Below are positions 19,397 to 30,284 of a stretch of 42,964 bases of DNA, in pieces. Where the stretch lies: the NCBI GenBank assembly GCA_014381485.1, contig JACNLN010000087.1:1-42964 (forward strand). Reading direction: 5' to 3'. Source of the stretch: Fidelibacterota bacterium. Lineage in GTDB: Bacteria; Fidelibacterota; Marinisomatia; Marinisomatales; CAZVFT01. A program made the translations under genes and the position numbers. The notes beneath the pieces were generated by a model. The model was given only the letters and a program-made list of their open reading frames with translations. It did not search any database and was not told the DNA's origin. Positions within the stretch are counted from its first letter, which is position 1, and every line of letters starts with the position of its first letter.

Positions 19397-20029
19397 GTGA
19401 TGCAAATAAAAGTACATAATACACAAGGAGAGGAAATCTCAAGAGTAAAGGTTGACAATTCGGTCTTCAAGATTGAGCCTAATGAAGATGTGGTCCATCG
19501 GGCAATTCTTGCAGAAAGGGTTAATTCAAGACAGGGGAGTCATTCCACTAAGACTCGTTCTGAAGTTCGTGGTGGTGGTCGGAAGCCGTGGAGACAAAAG
19601 GGAAGAGGAGTAGCAAGAGCTGGAACAATCCGTTCACCATTGTGGAGGGGGGGTGGTGTTACTTTTGGTCCGAAACCACATGATTACCACTATAAATTGC
19701 CAAAGAAAATGAAGCGACTTGCCAGACGGAGTGTTCTCTCTCAAAAGATAGTGGATAAAGAAATTTATGTTATGGATAAACTTGAATTAACTAAAGCCAG
19801 TACAAAGTCATTCAGAGAAGTTTTGAGGAATCTTAATATTGCTGATAAGAAGGTCACATTTTGTCCAGCAGAATTGAATAAGAATCTGCGTCTTTCAGCT
19901 CGAAATCTCCCCAATGTAACAGTTGTACCTGCTGTGCAGTTATCGACCTATAATATGATTGATTGTGATATTCTACTTTTTGATAAAGAGGGAATAAAGC
20001 AGTTGAATAAACAATTGGTAATAAACTGA
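19397..20029 (+). CDS. rplD: 50S ribosomal protein L4 (start may be ATG at 19400)
   Basis: TKTRSEVRGGGRKPWRQKG, RSPLWRGGG. Confidence 0.99.
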   Translation: MMQIKVHNTQGEEISRVKVDNSVFKIEPNEDVVHRAILAERVNSRQGSHSTKTRSEVRGGGRKPWRQKGRGVARAGTIRSPLWRGGGVTFGPKPHDYHYKLPKKMKRLARRSVLSQKIVDKEIYVMDKLELTKASTKSFREVLRNLNIADKKVTFCPAELNKNLRLSARNLPNVTVVPAVQLSTYNMIDCDILLFDKEGIKQLNKQLVIN

Positions 20030-20030
20030 A

Positions 20031-20354
20031 ATGGTAAAAGATAGAATTATTCTTGTCCGTCCAATTACAACGGAAAAAATGCACCGTCTTGAGGAATCGC
20101 AGAGGAAATATGCATTTCAGGTAGATCCAAAGGCGAATAAAATCGAGATTAAAGGAGCAGTTGAGAGAAAGTTTGACGTAAAGGTTAAGAAGGTAAGCAC
20201 AATAAATATGAAAGGTAAAAGAAAGGGACTCACCATCCGAAGTGGTGGACGTCCCATCCGGACAGTGGGAAAGAGAGCTGATTGGAAAAAAGCGATTGTG
20301 ACATTAGAACCAGGTTTTTCCATTGATTTATTTGGAGCAGAAGTGACGAGTTAA
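20031..20354 (+). CDS. rplW: 50S ribosomal protein L23
   Basis: PITTEK, ANKIEIK, WKKAIVTL. Confidence 0.98.
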   Translation: MVKDRIILVRPITTEKMHRLEESQRKYAFQVDPKANKIEIKGAVERKFDVKVKKVSTINMKGKRKGLTIRSGGRPIRTVGKRADWKKAIVTLEPGFSIDLFGAEVTS

Positions 20355-20357
20355 GTT

Positions 20358-21182
20358 ATGCCAGTAAAAATTAAAAAACCGACAACCCCAGGGCAAAGGT
20401 TTATGTCCGTCTCTACTTTTGAGGAAGTGACTCGAACAAAACCAGAAAAGAGTCTATTACGTTCTCTTAAGAAAAAAGGTGGAAGGAATAAGCAGGGTCG
20501 AATTACCGTTCGCCATCGAGGTGGAGGGCATAAGCGGAGGTATCGTGTCATAGATTTTAAGCGGGATAAATTTGATATTCCAGCAAAAGTAGCTACCATT
20601 GAGTACGATCCAAACCGATCTGCTCGAATAGCGTTACTTTTTTATGCTGATGGAGAGAAGCGTTATATTCTTGCACCATACGGATTAAAGGTGGGTGATG
20701 AAGTTATATCAGGGAAAAAGGTGCCAATAAAAATTGGAAACAATTTACCATTAAAAAATATTCCCTCTGGTTTGTCTGTTCATAATGTTGAATTGTCAGT
20801 TGGGAAGGGCGGTCAGCTAATACGTAGTGCAGGAACGGGAGCACAGGTTATGGCAAAAGATGGCGGTATGGTGAGTTTAAAACTTCCATCTGGTGAAATT
20901 CGGTTGTTCCATGAGGATTGTTGTGCTACGATTGGAGATGTTGGTAACAAAAGTCATGAAGCTCTCAACCTCGGAAAAGCCGGTCGAAGTCGCTGGTTAG
21001 GTCGAAGGCCTTCCGTACGTGGAGTTGCTATGAATCCAGTTGATCATCCACTTGGGGGAGGTGAAGGGAAATCCTCAGGAGGTCGTCACCCAGCAACCCC
21101 ATGGGGAAAACCGACTAAAGGGTACAAGACTCGCAAAAAGAACAAGCAATCGGATAAATTCATTGTGAAAAGGAGAAAATAA
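20358..21182 (+). CDS. rplB: 50S ribosomal protein L2
   Basis: [26 protein letters not shown]. Confidence 0.99.
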   Translation: MPVKIKKPTTPGQRFMSVSTFEEVTRTKPEKSLLRSLKKKGGRNKQGRITVRHRGGGHKRRYRVIDFKRDKFDIPAKVATIEYDPNRSARIALLFYADGEKRYILAPYGLKVGDEVISGKKVPIKIGNNLPLKNIPSGLSVHNVELSVGKGGQLIRSAGTGAQVMAKDGGMVSLKLPSGEIRLFHEDCCATIGDVGNKSHEALNLGKAGRSRWLGRRPSVRGVAMNPVDHPLGGGEGKSSGGRHPATPWGKPTKGYKTRKKNKQSDKFIVKRRK

Positions 21183-21185
21183 CGT

Positions 21186-21461
21186 ATGTCTCGATCGGTG
21201 AAAAAAGGTCCGTATATTGATCCCAAACTGTTGAAAAAAATTGAAGCAATGAAGAAGGAAAAAAAGAAAAAGGTTATAAGAACCTGGTCACGGCAAAGCA
21301 TTATTACTCCTGATTTTGTGGGATTTACCTTTGCAGTTCATAATGGAAAGCAGTTCATTCCAGTGTTTATAACTGAGAATATGGTTGGACATAGACTTGG
21401 GGAATTTTCACCTACCAGAACGTTTCGAATCCATTCAGGCGATAGAAAGAAGCAGAGATAA
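21186..21461 (+). CDS. rpsS: 30S ribosomal protein S19
   Basis: [24 protein letters not shown]. Confidence 0.99.
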   Translation: MSRSVKKGPYIDPKLLKKIEAMKKEKKKKVIRTWSRQSIITPDFVGFTFAVHNGKQFIPVFITENMVGHRLGEFSPTRTFRIHSGDRKKQR

Positions 21462-21463
21462 CG

Positions 21464-21808
21464 ATGGAATCTAGAGCACAATCTAAGTATATCCGTCAAT
21501 CTGTCCGGAAAATCCGTAAAGTTTTGGATATGGTTTCAGAAAAGAATGTTGGAACAGCTTTGAATCTTTTACACTTTTCTTCATTGAAAGCCTCTGACGT
21601 TATTGAAAAGACTATCCGATCAGCCATTGCTAATTTTCTTCAGACTGATGAGGGGAAAAATGCCGATCCAGAAAATTTAATTATAAAAGAAGCTTTCGTA
21701 AATGAGGGACCTACAATGAAACGTTTTCGACCTGCTGCAATGGGTAGAGCATCCAGAATTCGGAGAAGGATGAGTCATTTAACAATAGTTTTAAGTGATA
21801 GAAAATAA
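21464..21808 (+). CDS. rplV: 50S ribosomal protein L22
   Basis: FVNEGPTMKRFRPAAMGRA; position. Confidence 0.98.
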   Translation: MESRAQSKYIRQSVRKIRKVLDMVSEKNVGTALNLLHFSSLKASDVIEKTIRSAIANFLQTDEGKNADPENLIIKEAFVNEGPTMKRFRPAAMGRASRIRRRMSHLTIVLSDRK

Positions 21809-21817
21809 GGATTTAAC

Positions 21818-22444
21818 GTGGGACAAAAAACACATCCGACAGGGTTCAGATTAGGGGTTAATAAACCGTGGGTTTCTAACTGGTATGGTGGAAAGGATTT
21901 TCCTTCCTACATTGCTGGAGATATAACTCTCAGACAGTATATTGAACGTCGTTTACCCAATGCGGGAATTTCAAAAGTTGTCATTAACCGTACGTCTAAG
22001 AAAATCATTGTAACGATTAACACATCACGTCCAGGTATCGTCATCGGGAAAGGTGGGGAAGAGGTAGATCGTCTGCGAGAGGAATTTAAACGTCTTTCTA
22101 ATACTGACGTACAGGTAAATGTATCAGAGATTAAAAGACCGGAATTAGATGCTCGTCTGGTTGGAGTGAGCATAGCTCAACAGATCATCAAGAAAATATC
22201 ATATCGAAGGGCAGTGAAGAAGGCAATTCAAGCAACAATGAGAATGGGAGCAGATGGTATTCGAGTTAGGGTAGCTGGTAGATTAGGTGGTGCTGAGATT
22301 GCAAGATCGGAAAATTTTCATGAAGGTAGTGTTCCACTTCAAACTTTAAGATCTGATATTGATTATGCCATAACAGAAGCACGGACTACCTACGGTATTA
22401 TAGGAGTTAAGGTATGGATTTGTAATGGGGAGATACCCACCTGA
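21818..22444 (+). CDS. rpsC: 30S ribosomal protein S3
   Basis: [34 protein letters not shown]. Confidence 0.99.
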   Translation: MGQKTHPTGFRLGVNKPWVSNWYGGKDFPSYIAGDITLRQYIERRLPNAGISKVVINRTSKKIIVTINTSRPGIVIGKGGEEVDRLREEFKRLSNTDVQVNVSEIKRPELDARLVGVSIAQQIIKKISYRRAVKKAIQATMRMGADGIRVRVAGRLGGAEIARSENFHEGSVPLQTLRSDIDYAITEARTTYGIIGVKVWICNGEIPT

Positions 22445-22863
22445 TGTTAGAACCAAGGAAAACAAAATGGCGTAAACAACAACGGGGTCGAAGGAGAGGT
22501 TTAGCTACTCGTGGCAGCCATGTGGTTTTCGGTAGCTACGGTCTCAAGGCGTTGGAACCGGGTTGGGTAACTGCTCGCCAAATAGAGGCAGCTCGGGTTG
22601 CAATTGTAAGGAAGATTCGCAAACATGGTCGGATGTGGATTAGAATTTTTCCAGATAAACCGGTATCAAAAAAACCAGCAGAAGTTCGGATGGGTAAGGG
22701 TAAAGGTGCTCCAGAATACTGGGTAGCTGTGGTTAAACCCGGTCGTATTCTCTTTGAAATAGAAGGAGTAGACAGTGAGTTGGCAGCTGAAGCTTTTCGA
22801 ATCGCTGGGTTTAAATTACCCATAAAAACTAAACTGACAAAACGACGGGAAGTCACTGTTTAG
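22444..22863 (+). CDS. rplP: 50S ribosomal protein L16
   Basis: RQIEAAR, RMGKGKG. Confidence 0.99.
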   Translation: MLEPRKTKWRKQQRGRRRGLATRGSHVVFGSYGLKALEPGWVTARQIEAARVAIVRKIRKHGRMWIRIFPDKPVSKKPAEVRMGKGKGAPEYWVAVVKPGRILFEIEGVDSELAAEAFRIAGFKLPIKTKLTKRREVTV

Positions 22864-22894
22864 TTGAATTATTTTATGACCAGGATTATAGCTA

Positions 22895-23110
22895 ATGAAG
22901 AAAGAAGAATTAAAAGAGATAACTGTAGCTGAACTTCAAACAAGACTCGAGGACGATTTGGAAGAACTCGAAAATTTGAGGTTTCAAAAAGCACTTCAAC
23001 AATTAGAAAATCCGTTGAGAATTCGTTTTCTTCGTCGGGAAATCGCACAGGTTAAAACGCTATTAAAAGAATATGAATTGGGAATCAGAAAGAAACGATT
23101 TAAGGAATGA
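22895..23110 (+). CDS. rpmC: 50S ribosomal protein L29
   Basis: NLRFQ, LENP, RREIAQVKT. Confidence 0.96.
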   Translation: MKKEELKEITVAELQTRLEDDLEELENLRFQKALQQLENPLRIRFLRREIAQVKTLLKEYELGIRKKRFKE

Positions 23111-23113
23111 CCA

Positions 23114-23377
23114 ATGAACAATCGAGGTAAAAGACCAACAATGATGGGTATGGTAGTAAGTGATAGAATGGATAAGACTGTTGTTGTTTCGGTTGAACGA
23201 CGGGTTCAACACCCGATTTACAAGAAATATATTACCCGAAAAAAGAAGTACTATGTTCACGACGAGAAGAACGAGTGTTCAATAGGTGACACAGTAAGAA
23301 TTATTTCCTCTAGACCGCTGAGTAAGCTAAAACGGTGGCGGGTAACGGAAATTATTGAAAAGTCAAAAGGTATTTGA
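23114..23377 (+). CDS. rpsQ: 30S ribosomal protein S17
   Basis: [24 protein letters not shown]. Confidence 0.99.
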   Translation: MNNRGKRPTMMGMVVSDRMDKTVVVSVERRVQHPIYKKYITRKKKYYVHDEKNECSIGDTVRIISSRPLSKLKRWRVTEIIEKSKGI

Positions 23378-23402
23378 GGACAGAGAGGTTTGAGAGGTTA
23401 TA

Positions 23403-23771
23403 ATGATTCAATCGGAGACAAGATTAAAAGTTGCGGATAATACTGGGGCTCGAGAAGTTCTCTGTTTCAAAGTATTGGGTGGGACCCGCCGACGGTACGC
23501 CAGTGTGGGGGATGTTATTGTTGTTACCGTTAAAAAAGCCCTACCTGAAGGTATGGTAAAGAAAGGAGATAAATCAAGAGCTGTGGTAGTTCGGACAAAG
23601 AAAGAAATCAGGCGTAAAGATGGATCCTATGTCCGGTTTGATGATAATGCTGCTGTTCTTCTTTCAAATGTAGGTGAACCAATAGGAACTCGTATTTTTG
23701 GACCAGTATCAAGGGAGCTTCGTGAAAAAGGGTATATGAAAATTGTCTCTATGGCTCCGGAGGTAATCTAA
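23403..23771 (+). CDS. rplN: 50S ribosomal protein L14
   Basis: [22 protein letters not shown]. Confidence 0.99.
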   Translation: MIQSETRLKVADNTGAREVLCFKVLGGTRRRYASVGDVIVVTVKKALPEGMVKKGDKSRAVVVRTKKEIRRKDGSYVRFDDNAAVLLSNVGEPIGTRIFGPVSRELREKGYMKIVSMAPEVI

Positions 23772-23772
23772 A

Positions 23773-24081
23773 ATGCACATTAAAAAAGGCGACACAGTCA
23801 CAGTTATTTCAGGAAATGACCAAGGAAAAACGGGGAAGATTCTTTACGTTTTTCCCAAAACAAACCGGGTGATCGTGGAAGGTGTGAATTTCGTTAAGAA
23901 ACACTCGAGACCAAGCCAACAAAATCCTCAGGGAGGTATCATTGAAAAGGAAGCTCCCATTCATATATCCAATGTTATGGTAACCTTTGGGGGTAAGAGA
24001 TCACGTATTGGTCATAGATTTCTCGATACTGGAAGAAAGATTAGGGTGTCACGAAAAACAGGTGAGGATATCGATTCATAG
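23773..24081 (+). CDS. rplX: 50S ribosomal protein L24
   Basis: [19 protein letters not shown]. Confidence 0.99.
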   Translation: MHIKKGDTVTVISGNDQGKTGKILYVFPKTNRVIVEGVNFVKKHSRPSQQNPQGGIIEKEAPIHISNVMVTFGGKRSRIGHRFLDTGRKIRVSRKTGEDIDS

Positions 24082-24092
24082 GGAGAAGAATT

Positions 24093-24944
24093 TTGACTGG
24101 AGAGAAGGCAGAAAAAAAAGCTGAAGTAGAGCGGGTGAAAAAATCATCTGGTAAAAAAACTGAAGTTACCACTCCCAAGAAAAGTACAGCTAAAACGAAA
24201 GCTTCTACCACAAAGAAGAAGGCTGTTAAGAAGACGGTAAAGAAAAGAACATCTTCCAGTAAAAAAAGACCTCCTGCAAAGGTTAAGCCGCCGGATAAAA
24301 AGAAAACTGCCCCAAAGGCTGAAATTATAAAAAAAGTAGGTGGTGATGAATATAAACCAAATTTATTCAAAAGATATCAAGATGTGGTTATTCCCCATAT
24401 GATTGAAATATTTGGTTACAAAAATGCTCTTCAGGTACCGCAAATCGAGAAAATATCAATGAATATTGGATTAGGTCGGGCAAAGGATGAACCCAGTTCG
24501 TTAGAACATGCATTAGATGATCTGACAACGATCTCAGGACAGCGAGCAGTTGTAACTTATGCGAAGAAAGCAATTTCAAATTTTAAAATTCGTAAAGGTG
24601 ATCCTGTAGGTTGCCGGGTGACTTTACGTCAATGGAAAATGTATGAATTTCTTGAAAGACTTATAAATATTGCTATTCCCCGTGTTCGTGACTTCAATGG
24701 TCTATCTGTAAAGAAGTTTGACGGAAAGGGAAACTTTAATTTTGGGTTGGAAGAACAGATCGTTTTTACAGAAATCGATTACGATAAAATTGATAAAATC
24801 CGGGGATTAGAGATAAACATAGTAACCTCCGCTGAAGATGATGAAATCGGTTATGAATTGTTAAGTACATTAGGTTTCCCGTTCAGACCAACAGATCGTT
24901 TTAAGAAAAAGGGAATTGGGAAACAACTAGAAGAGGGTTCCTGA
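24093..24944 (+). CDS. rplE: 50S ribosomal protein L5 with long Lys-rich N-terminal extension
   Basis: Core from about aa 87 ([32 protein letters not shown]); TTG start after GGGAGA. Confidence 0.95.
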   Translation: MTGEKAEKKAEVERVKKSSGKKTEVTTPKKSTAKTKASTTKKKAVKKTVKKRTSSSKKRPPAKVKPPDKKKTAPKAEIIKKVGGDEYKPNLFKRYQDVVIPHMIEIFGYKNALQVPQIEKISMNIGLGRAKDEPSSLEHALDDLTTISGQRAVVTYAKKAISNFKIRKGDPVGCRVTLRQWKMYEFLERLINIAIPRVRDFNGLSVKKFDGKGNFNFGLEEQIVFTEIDYDKIDKIRGLEINIVTSAEDDEIGYELLSTLGFPFRPTDRFKKKGIGKQLEEGS

Positions 24945-25129
24945 TGGCAAAAAAATCGCTGATTGTAAAAGCACAACGTTCACCAAAGTTTAGTACGAGA
25001 AAATATCATCGTTGTTCGAGATGTGGGCGTCCAAGAAGTTATATGAGAAAATTTGGTCTTTGTAGATTATGTTTTCGTGAACTTGCTCTTAGGGGAGAGA
25101 TTCCAGGTGTTACGAAGGCAAGTTGGTAA
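24944..25129 (+). CDS. rpsN: 30S ribosomal protein S14 (type Z, Zn-binding)
   Basis: 61 aa, [19 protein letters not shown]. Confidence 0.98.
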   Translation: MAKKSLIVKAQRSPKFSTRKYHRCSRCGRPRSYMRKFGLCRLCFRELALRGEIPGVTKASW

Positions 25130-25145
25130 ACAGGAGGAATAAAAT

Positions 25146-25544
25146 TTGACAATGACAGATCCAATTGCTGATCTTTTAACACGAATCAGAAATGCCCAGC
25201 AGGAGAGAAATCGGTGGGTTGATATCCCCGCATCGACCGTAAAGAAACGAATTGTTTATATCCTGCGAGAGGAGCATTACATCAAGGATTTTATTATCAT
25301 TAAACGGATACCCCAAGATATGATCAGGATATTTCTGAAATATGACCACAACGATGATCCTGTTATTTCCCAGATAGATAGGGTAAGTAAACCTGGAAGG
25401 CGAGTTTATGCAAAAGCCGAGAATATTCCCAAAGTTCTAAATGGAATGGGAATTGCTATATTGACAACGTCTAAAGGGGTTATTTCAGACAAAGTAGCTC
25501 GGAAGTTAAATGTCGGTGGTGAAATCATTTGTAATATCTGGTAA
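25146..25544 (+). CDS. rpsH: 30S ribosomal protein S8
   Basis: DPIADLLTRIRNA, SKPGRRVY, GGEI. Confidence 0.99.
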   Translation: MTMTDPIADLLTRIRNAQQERNRWVDIPASTVKKRIVYILREEHYIKDFIIIKRIPQDMIRIFLKYDHNDDPVISQIDRVSKPGRRVYAKAENIPKVLNGMGIAILTTSKGVISDKVARKLNVGGEIICNIW

Positions 25545-25550
25545 GATGTT

Positions 25551-26087
25551 ATGTCGAGAATAGGGAAAAAACCCATTACGATTCCTGGCAAAGTGCAGGT
25601 TAAAATTGATGGTAATCAAGTAACTTGTTCAGGTCCAAAGGGTACACTTCAATATTCATTTCATCCTGATATATCTTTTATTCAGGAAAATAATCAGATT
25701 GTTGTTACCAGACCTTCTGATACAAAATTGCACAGATCCCTTCATGGGACATCACGTGCCATTTTAGCAAATATGGTACATGGTGTATCCGAGGGATTCA
25801 CCAAAGAACTGGAAATCAGAGGTATGGGTTATTCTGTAAATGTTGAGGGCAAAAGGTTGAAACTTGCTTTAGGTTTTTCTCACGATATCTATTTTGAACC
25901 ACCTGACGAAATTGAAATCAAAGCCAAGAGAAATGCGATTTCTATTTCAGGTATTGACAAACATCTGGTGGGTCAAGTAGCAGCAAAAATTCGGATGTTT
26001 AGACCACCGGAGTCTTACAAGGGAAAAGGGATTCGGTATAAGGATGAATATGTCAAAATCAAGAAAGGGAAAACGGTGGGAGGTTAG
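25551..26087 (+). CDS. rplF: 50S ribosomal protein L6
   Basis: MSRIGKKPI, RPPESYKGKGIRY. Confidence 0.99.
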   Translation: MSRIGKKPITIPGKVQVKIDGNQVTCSGPKGTLQYSFHPDISFIQENNQIVVTRPSDTKLHRSLHGTSRAILANMVHGVSEGFTKELEIRGMGYSVNVEGKRLKLALGFSHDIYFEPPDEIEIKAKRNAISISGIDKHLVGQVAAKIRMFRPPESYKGKGIRYKDEYVKIKKGKTVGG

Positions 26088-26462
26088 TTGGTGGTGAAAA
26101 AGTTAGAAAAAGTCATTAAGTGTGAGCGGAGAAGAAGGCGTAGCAAAGGGACGGCTATTCGTCATAGAGATCGATATAGGCTCGTTGTGTATCGTAGCCT
26201 GAAGCATATTTACGGCCAGATCATCAATGATTGGGAGGGTAGGACCCTTGTATCAGCTTCAACTCTTGAAAAGGGTCTTCAGGTGGAGTTGGAGAAGGCA
26301 AAATCAAAAGTGGAAAGGAGCGAGATTGTCGGTCGTGAAATTGCGAAAAGAGCGAAAAAGAAAAAAATTACAGAAGTAGTTTTTGACCGAAATGGATTTC
26401 TTTATCATGGAAGGGTAAAAGCATTGGCAGATGGAGCCAGATCAGGAGGATTAAAATTTTGA
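26088..26462 (+). CDS. rplR: 50S ribosomal protein L18 (exact start uncertain)
   Basis: [29 protein letters not shown]. Confidence 0.98.
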   Translation: MVVKKLEKVIKCERRRRRSKGTAIRHRDRYRLVVYRSLKHIYGQIINDWEGRTLVSASTLEKGLQVELEKAKSKVERSEIVGREIAKRAKKKKITEVVFDRNGFLYHGRVKALADGARSGGLKF

Positions 26463-26962
26463 GTTACATTGATCCAACAGAATTAGATCTTAATGAAGAA
26501 ACTGTTGTAAAGGTCAGACGTGTGTCTAAGGTAGTGGCTGGTGGACGTCGTTTTCGATTTAGCGCCACTGTAGTGGTGGGTGACGGAAATGGTCACGTAG
26601 GTCTTGGACATGGGAAGTCCAACGAGGTATTATCTTCCATCACCAAAGCAAAGGAAGATGCGAAGAAAAATCTTTTTCGTGTTCCCATTATCAAAGGTAC
26701 GATTCCTCATCAAATTATGGGAAAGTTTGGTGCTTCTAAGGTATTGCTGAAACCTGCTTCTCCCGGTACAGGAATTATTGCTGGAGGACCAATTAGAGCC
26801 CTGATGCAACAAAGTGGGATCACGGATATTCTCACGAAGAGATATGGATCATCCAATGCAAACAGTATTATCAGAGCAGCAGAAAGGGGATTGATATCAT
26901 TACAAGATCCTGTGTCTATTGCTAATAAACGGGGCATTACTATCTCCGAGATTTTTAAGTAG
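26459..26962 (+). CDS. rpsE: 30S ribosomal protein S5
   Basis: [25 protein letters not shown]. Confidence 0.99.
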   Translation: MSYIDPTELDLNEETVVKVRRVSKVVAGGRRFRFSATVVVGDGNGHVGLGHGKSNEVLSSITKAKEDAKKNLFRVPIIKGTIPHQIMGKFGASKVLLKPASPGTGIIAGGPIRALMQQSGITDILTKRYGSSNANSIIRAAERGLISLQDPVSIANKRGITISEIFK

Positions 26963-26971
26963 CATATTTCT

Positions 26972-27169
26972 ATGGCGAAAAAAAAGCAAAATTTACTAAA
27001 AATTACACAAGTCAAAAGTGCTATTGGTTACAAACTTAAGGCAAAGAAAACTCTTGCCGCTCTGGGATTAAGACGGATGCATCAAACTGTCGTCAAGCCT
27101 GACACGCCAGTAATACGAGGGATGATTGCTGTTGTTGATTATCTGGTAAATGTAGAAGAAGTATCATGA
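26972..27169 (+). CDS. rpmD: 50S ribosomal protein L30
   Basis: ITQVKSAIG, TLAALGL, IRGMI. Confidence 0.97.
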   Translation: MAKKKQNLLKITQVKSAIGYKLKAKKTLAALGLRRMHQTVVKPDTPVIRGMIAVVDYLVNVEEVS

Positions 27170-27606
27170 AATTAGGGAAACTAAAACCAACTCCAAATTC
27201 CACAAAAAACAGGAAACGTGTGGGTAGGGGACCCGGTTCTGGAAAAGGGAAAAGGTCAGGAAGAGGTGACAAAGGATACCACTCACGTTCAGGTAGTAAA
27301 CGTCGTGCCTGGTATGAAGGAGGTCAGATGCCTCTCCAGCGGCGCATACCCAAACGCGGTTTCTCAAACAGTCGGTTCAGGACGACCTATCAAATTGTTA
27401 ATCTTTCCCAGATGGCAAATCTCGACACAGAAAAGGTGGATATTGACACTTTGTATAAAAGTGGTCTGATCAATTCGACTTCTAAACCTGTGAAGGTATT
27501 AGGTAGTGGGGAATTATCAAGTGTAGTCTCTGTTACTGCTCATGCGTTCAGTAAATCTGCAGTTGAAAAAATTGAGAAAGCTGGCGGAAAAGTTACTGTA
27601 TTATGA
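27166..27606 (+). CDS. rplO: 50S ribosomal protein L15
   Basis: RVGRGPGSG, EGGQMPL.RRIPKRGF. Confidence 0.99.
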   Translation: MKLGKLKPTPNSTKNRKRVGRGPGSGKGKRSGRGDKGYHSRSGSKRRAWYEGGQMPLQRRIPKRGFSNSRFRTTYQIVNLSQMANLDTEKVDIDTLYKSGLINSTSKPVKVLGSGELSSVVSVTAHAFSKSAVEKIEKAGGKVTVL

Positions 27607-28940
27607 TTGAGAAAATTCGAAATATTATCAATATCCCGGAACTTAGAAAGCGGATAACCTTCACCATAGCGTTACTGGTAATTTGTCGTGTGGGGACTCA
27701 TATTCCTACTCCCGGTATTGATGGAGAAGCACTTCGGGCCGCCATTGAAAATCTCAGTAACACATTATTTGGACTGTACGACCTATTTGCCGGTGGAGCT
27801 TTTAAAAAAGCGACCCTGTTTGCTCTGGGAATTATGCCCTACATTTCTGCATCCATTATCATGCAATTGATGGGTGTGGTAGTTCCCTATTTTCAAAGAT
27901 TACAGAAAGAGGGAGAAGAAGGAAGAAAAAAAATTACTCAACTTACTCGATATGGGACAGTATTGATTTCCACACTTCAAGCATATCCACTGGCAATTTT
28001 TCTTGAAACTATGACCGCAAATGTAGGTGGTGCTTCTATTCCCGTGGTACCTGATCCTGGTTTTGCTTTCAGGTTTACCACAATGGTATCACTCGTGACA
28101 GGGGTAATATTTCTTATGTGGCTTGGTGAACAGATCACTGAGCGGGGTATTGGGAATGGTATTTCATTAATTATTATGGTTGGAATCATTTCTCGTTTTC
28201 CCAATGTTATCATCTCGGAAATTATGTTATTGATTGAAGGAGTGCGTGGTCCCCTCACTGCAATTGTGTTAATGGGTCTTATGTTTATTATTGTTGGGTT
28301 TGTTGTATTAATAACTCAGGGAACTCGAAAGATACCTGTACAATACGCTAAGCGTGTTATTGGTAGAAAAGTTTATGGTGGACAGTCCACACATATCCCT
28401 CTACGGGTAAATACGGCTGGAGTCATGCCTATTATCTTTGCCCAGTCTATTATGTTTTTACCCAATACTATTGCTACCTTTTTCAGGGAAAGTGAATTTA
28501 TGCAAGGTGTTATGATAGTATTTTCTTTTAACCACTGGTTCTATTGGACTGTTTTCGGTATTATGATAGTCTTTTTTACATACTTTTATACTGCTATTGC
28601 TTTTAATCCAGTGGAAGTGGCAGACCAGATGAAAAAACATGGTGGATTTATTCCCGGTGTTCGACCAGGAAAGAAAACGTCCGAATTTATCGATAATATT
28701 TTAACACGAGTGACCTTACCCGGATCCGTTTTTCTTGCATTTGTTGCTATCTTTCCCTACATCTTAATGAATATTATGGATGTTGGGTATGATCTGGCTT
28801 CTTTCTTTGGTGGTACCAGTTTACTCATCATTGTAGGCGTGGCATTGGATACTCTCCAGCAGGTGGAATCTCATCTCTTAATGCGTCATTACGATGGCTT
28901 TTTGCAAAAGGGGAAAATAAGGGGACGCCGTAGATTTTGA
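27603..28940 (+). CDS. secY: Preprotein translocase subunit SecY
   Basis: FALGIMPYISASI, GIGNGISL, IPGVRPG, GGTSLLI. Confidence 0.99.
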   Translation: MIEKIRNIINIPELRKRITFTIALLVICRVGTHIPTPGIDGEALRAAIENLSNTLFGLYDLFAGGAFKKATLFALGIMPYISASIIMQLMGVVVPYFQRLQKEGEEGRKKITQLTRYGTVLISTLQAYPLAIFLETMTANVGGASIPVVPDPGFAFRFTTMVSLVTGVIFLMWLGEQITERGIGNGISLIIMVGIISRFPNVIISEIMLLIEGVRGPLTAIVLMGLMFIIVGFVVLITQGTRKIPVQYAKRVIGRKVYGGQSTHIPLRVNTAGVMPIIFAQSIMFLPNTIATFFRESEFMQGVMIVFSFNHWFYWTVFGIMIVFFTYFYTAIAFNPVEVADQMKKHGGFIPGVRPGKKTSEFIDNILTRVTLPGSVFLAFVAIFPYILMNIMDVGYDLASFFGGTSLLIIVGVALDTLQQVESHLLMRHYDGFLQKGKIRGRRRF

Positions 28941-28944
28941 TATT

Positions 28945-29703
28945 ATGGTTAACATTAGAAATAAAAGGGAAATAGACCTGATTCGAGAGAGTAGCCAGAT
29001 CGTGTATGAAACATTAACATTACTTGGTGAGAATATAAAACCGGGGGTAACCGGAGAAGAACTGAATAAAATTGCTGAGGAATATATCCATTCTCGTGGA
29101 GCAACGCCAGCATTCAAAGGATATATGAAATATCCTAAATCTATCTGTATCTCAATAAATGAAGAGGTTGTGCATGGGATTCCAAACCGTCGGAAGTTGA
29201 AGGAGGGAGATATTGTTGCAATTGATTGTGGAGTTTTAAAAGATGGTTACTTTGGGGATAGTGCCTGGACATATACCGTTGGTCAAATTGATGCGGAGGT
29301 GATGAAATTAATGACCATAACTGAGAAGGCACTTTACATTGGAATTGAACAGGCAAAATCAGGAAATCGGTTATCGGATATTGGTCACGTGATTCAATCG
29401 TATGTTGAAAGTCACGGATTCAATGTTGTAAGAGAATTAGTGGGACATGGTATTGGTACGGAATTGCACGAGGACCCTCAAATTCCCAATTATGGTGATC
29501 CCGGTGAGGGAATTTTACTAAAATCTGGGATGTGTCTGGCAATAGAACCAATGGTCAATTTAGGTGGAAAAGAAGTGTACACCCGATCGGATGGGTGGAC
29601 AGTATGTACTCGTGATGGAAAACCATCTGCTCATTTTGAACACACGATTGTTGTGTCGGATAATGGTGGAAAAATTTTAAGTGATGGAACATTAGGTAAA
29701 TGA
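28945..29703 (+). CDS. map: Type I methionine aminopeptidase
   Basis: SINEEVVHGIP, GHGIG, HEDP, IEPM, SAHFEHT. Confidence 0.98.
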   Translation: MVNIRNKREIDLIRESSQIVYETLTLLGENIKPGVTGEELNKIAEEYIHSRGATPAFKGYMKYPKSICISINEEVVHGIPNRRKLKEGDIVAIDCGVLKDGYFGDSAWTYTVGQIDAEVMKLMTITEKALYIGIEQAKSGNRLSDIGHVIQSYVESHGFNVVRELVGHGIGTELHEDPQIPNYGDPGEGILLKSGMCLAIEPMVNLGGKEVYTRSDGWTVCTRDGKPSAHFEHTIVVSDNGGKILSDGTLGK

Positions 29704-29757
29704 AAATATTTTATTTATTAAAAATGTTATTATTGCCAACAATTGGGAAAAAATGAG

Positions 29758-29871
29758 ATGAAAGTAAAGACTTCAGTCAGGAAAATTTGTAATAAATGTA
29801 AAATCATCCGACGTAAGGGAGTTGTCAGGGTGATTTGTGAAAATCCCAAACATAAACAAAGACAGGGTTAA
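29758..29871 (+). CDS. rpmJ: 50S ribosomal protein L36 (not in ORF track)
   Basis: [37 protein letters not shown], 37 aa. Confidence 0.98.
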   Translation: MKVKTSVRKICNKCKIIRRKGVVRVICENPKHKQRQG

Positions 29872-29873
29872 TT

Positions 29874-30260
29874 ATGGCAAGAATTGCAGGTGTAGATTTA
29901 CCTCGAGATAAAAATATTGAGCATGCTCTGAGATACATTTACGGTATTGGACATACAACTTCAAAACAGATTTTAAAAGAGGTTAATGTCGATTTTAATA
30001 TTCGAGTTCAAGACCTGAGTGAGAAGCAAATTACAGCTATTCGAAAAGCGGTTGGTAAGAATAAGGTAGAAGGTGAACTCAGGACAGAAAACACTATGTC
30101 CCTCAAGCGGTTGTTGGATATTGGTTGTTATCGTGGACTGCGTCATCGACGTGGGTTACCTGTTCACGGGCAGAGGACAAAAACCAATGCTAGAACACGA
30201 AAGGGGAAAAAACGGACGGTTGGTTTGGGTAAGAAAAAAAGTGTAAGTAAGAAAGCTTAA
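29874..30260 (+). CDS. rpsM: 30S ribosomal protein S13
   Basis: [35 protein letters not shown]. Confidence 0.99.
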   Translation: MARIAGVDLPRDKNIEHALRYIYGIGHTTSKQILKEVNVDFNIRVQDLSEKQITAIRKAVGKNKVEGELRTENTMSLKRLLDIGCYRGLRHRRGLPVHGQRTKTNARTRKGKKRTVGLGKKKSVSKKA

Positions 30261-30284
30261 TTCACACAATCTGGGAAGGTAGTT

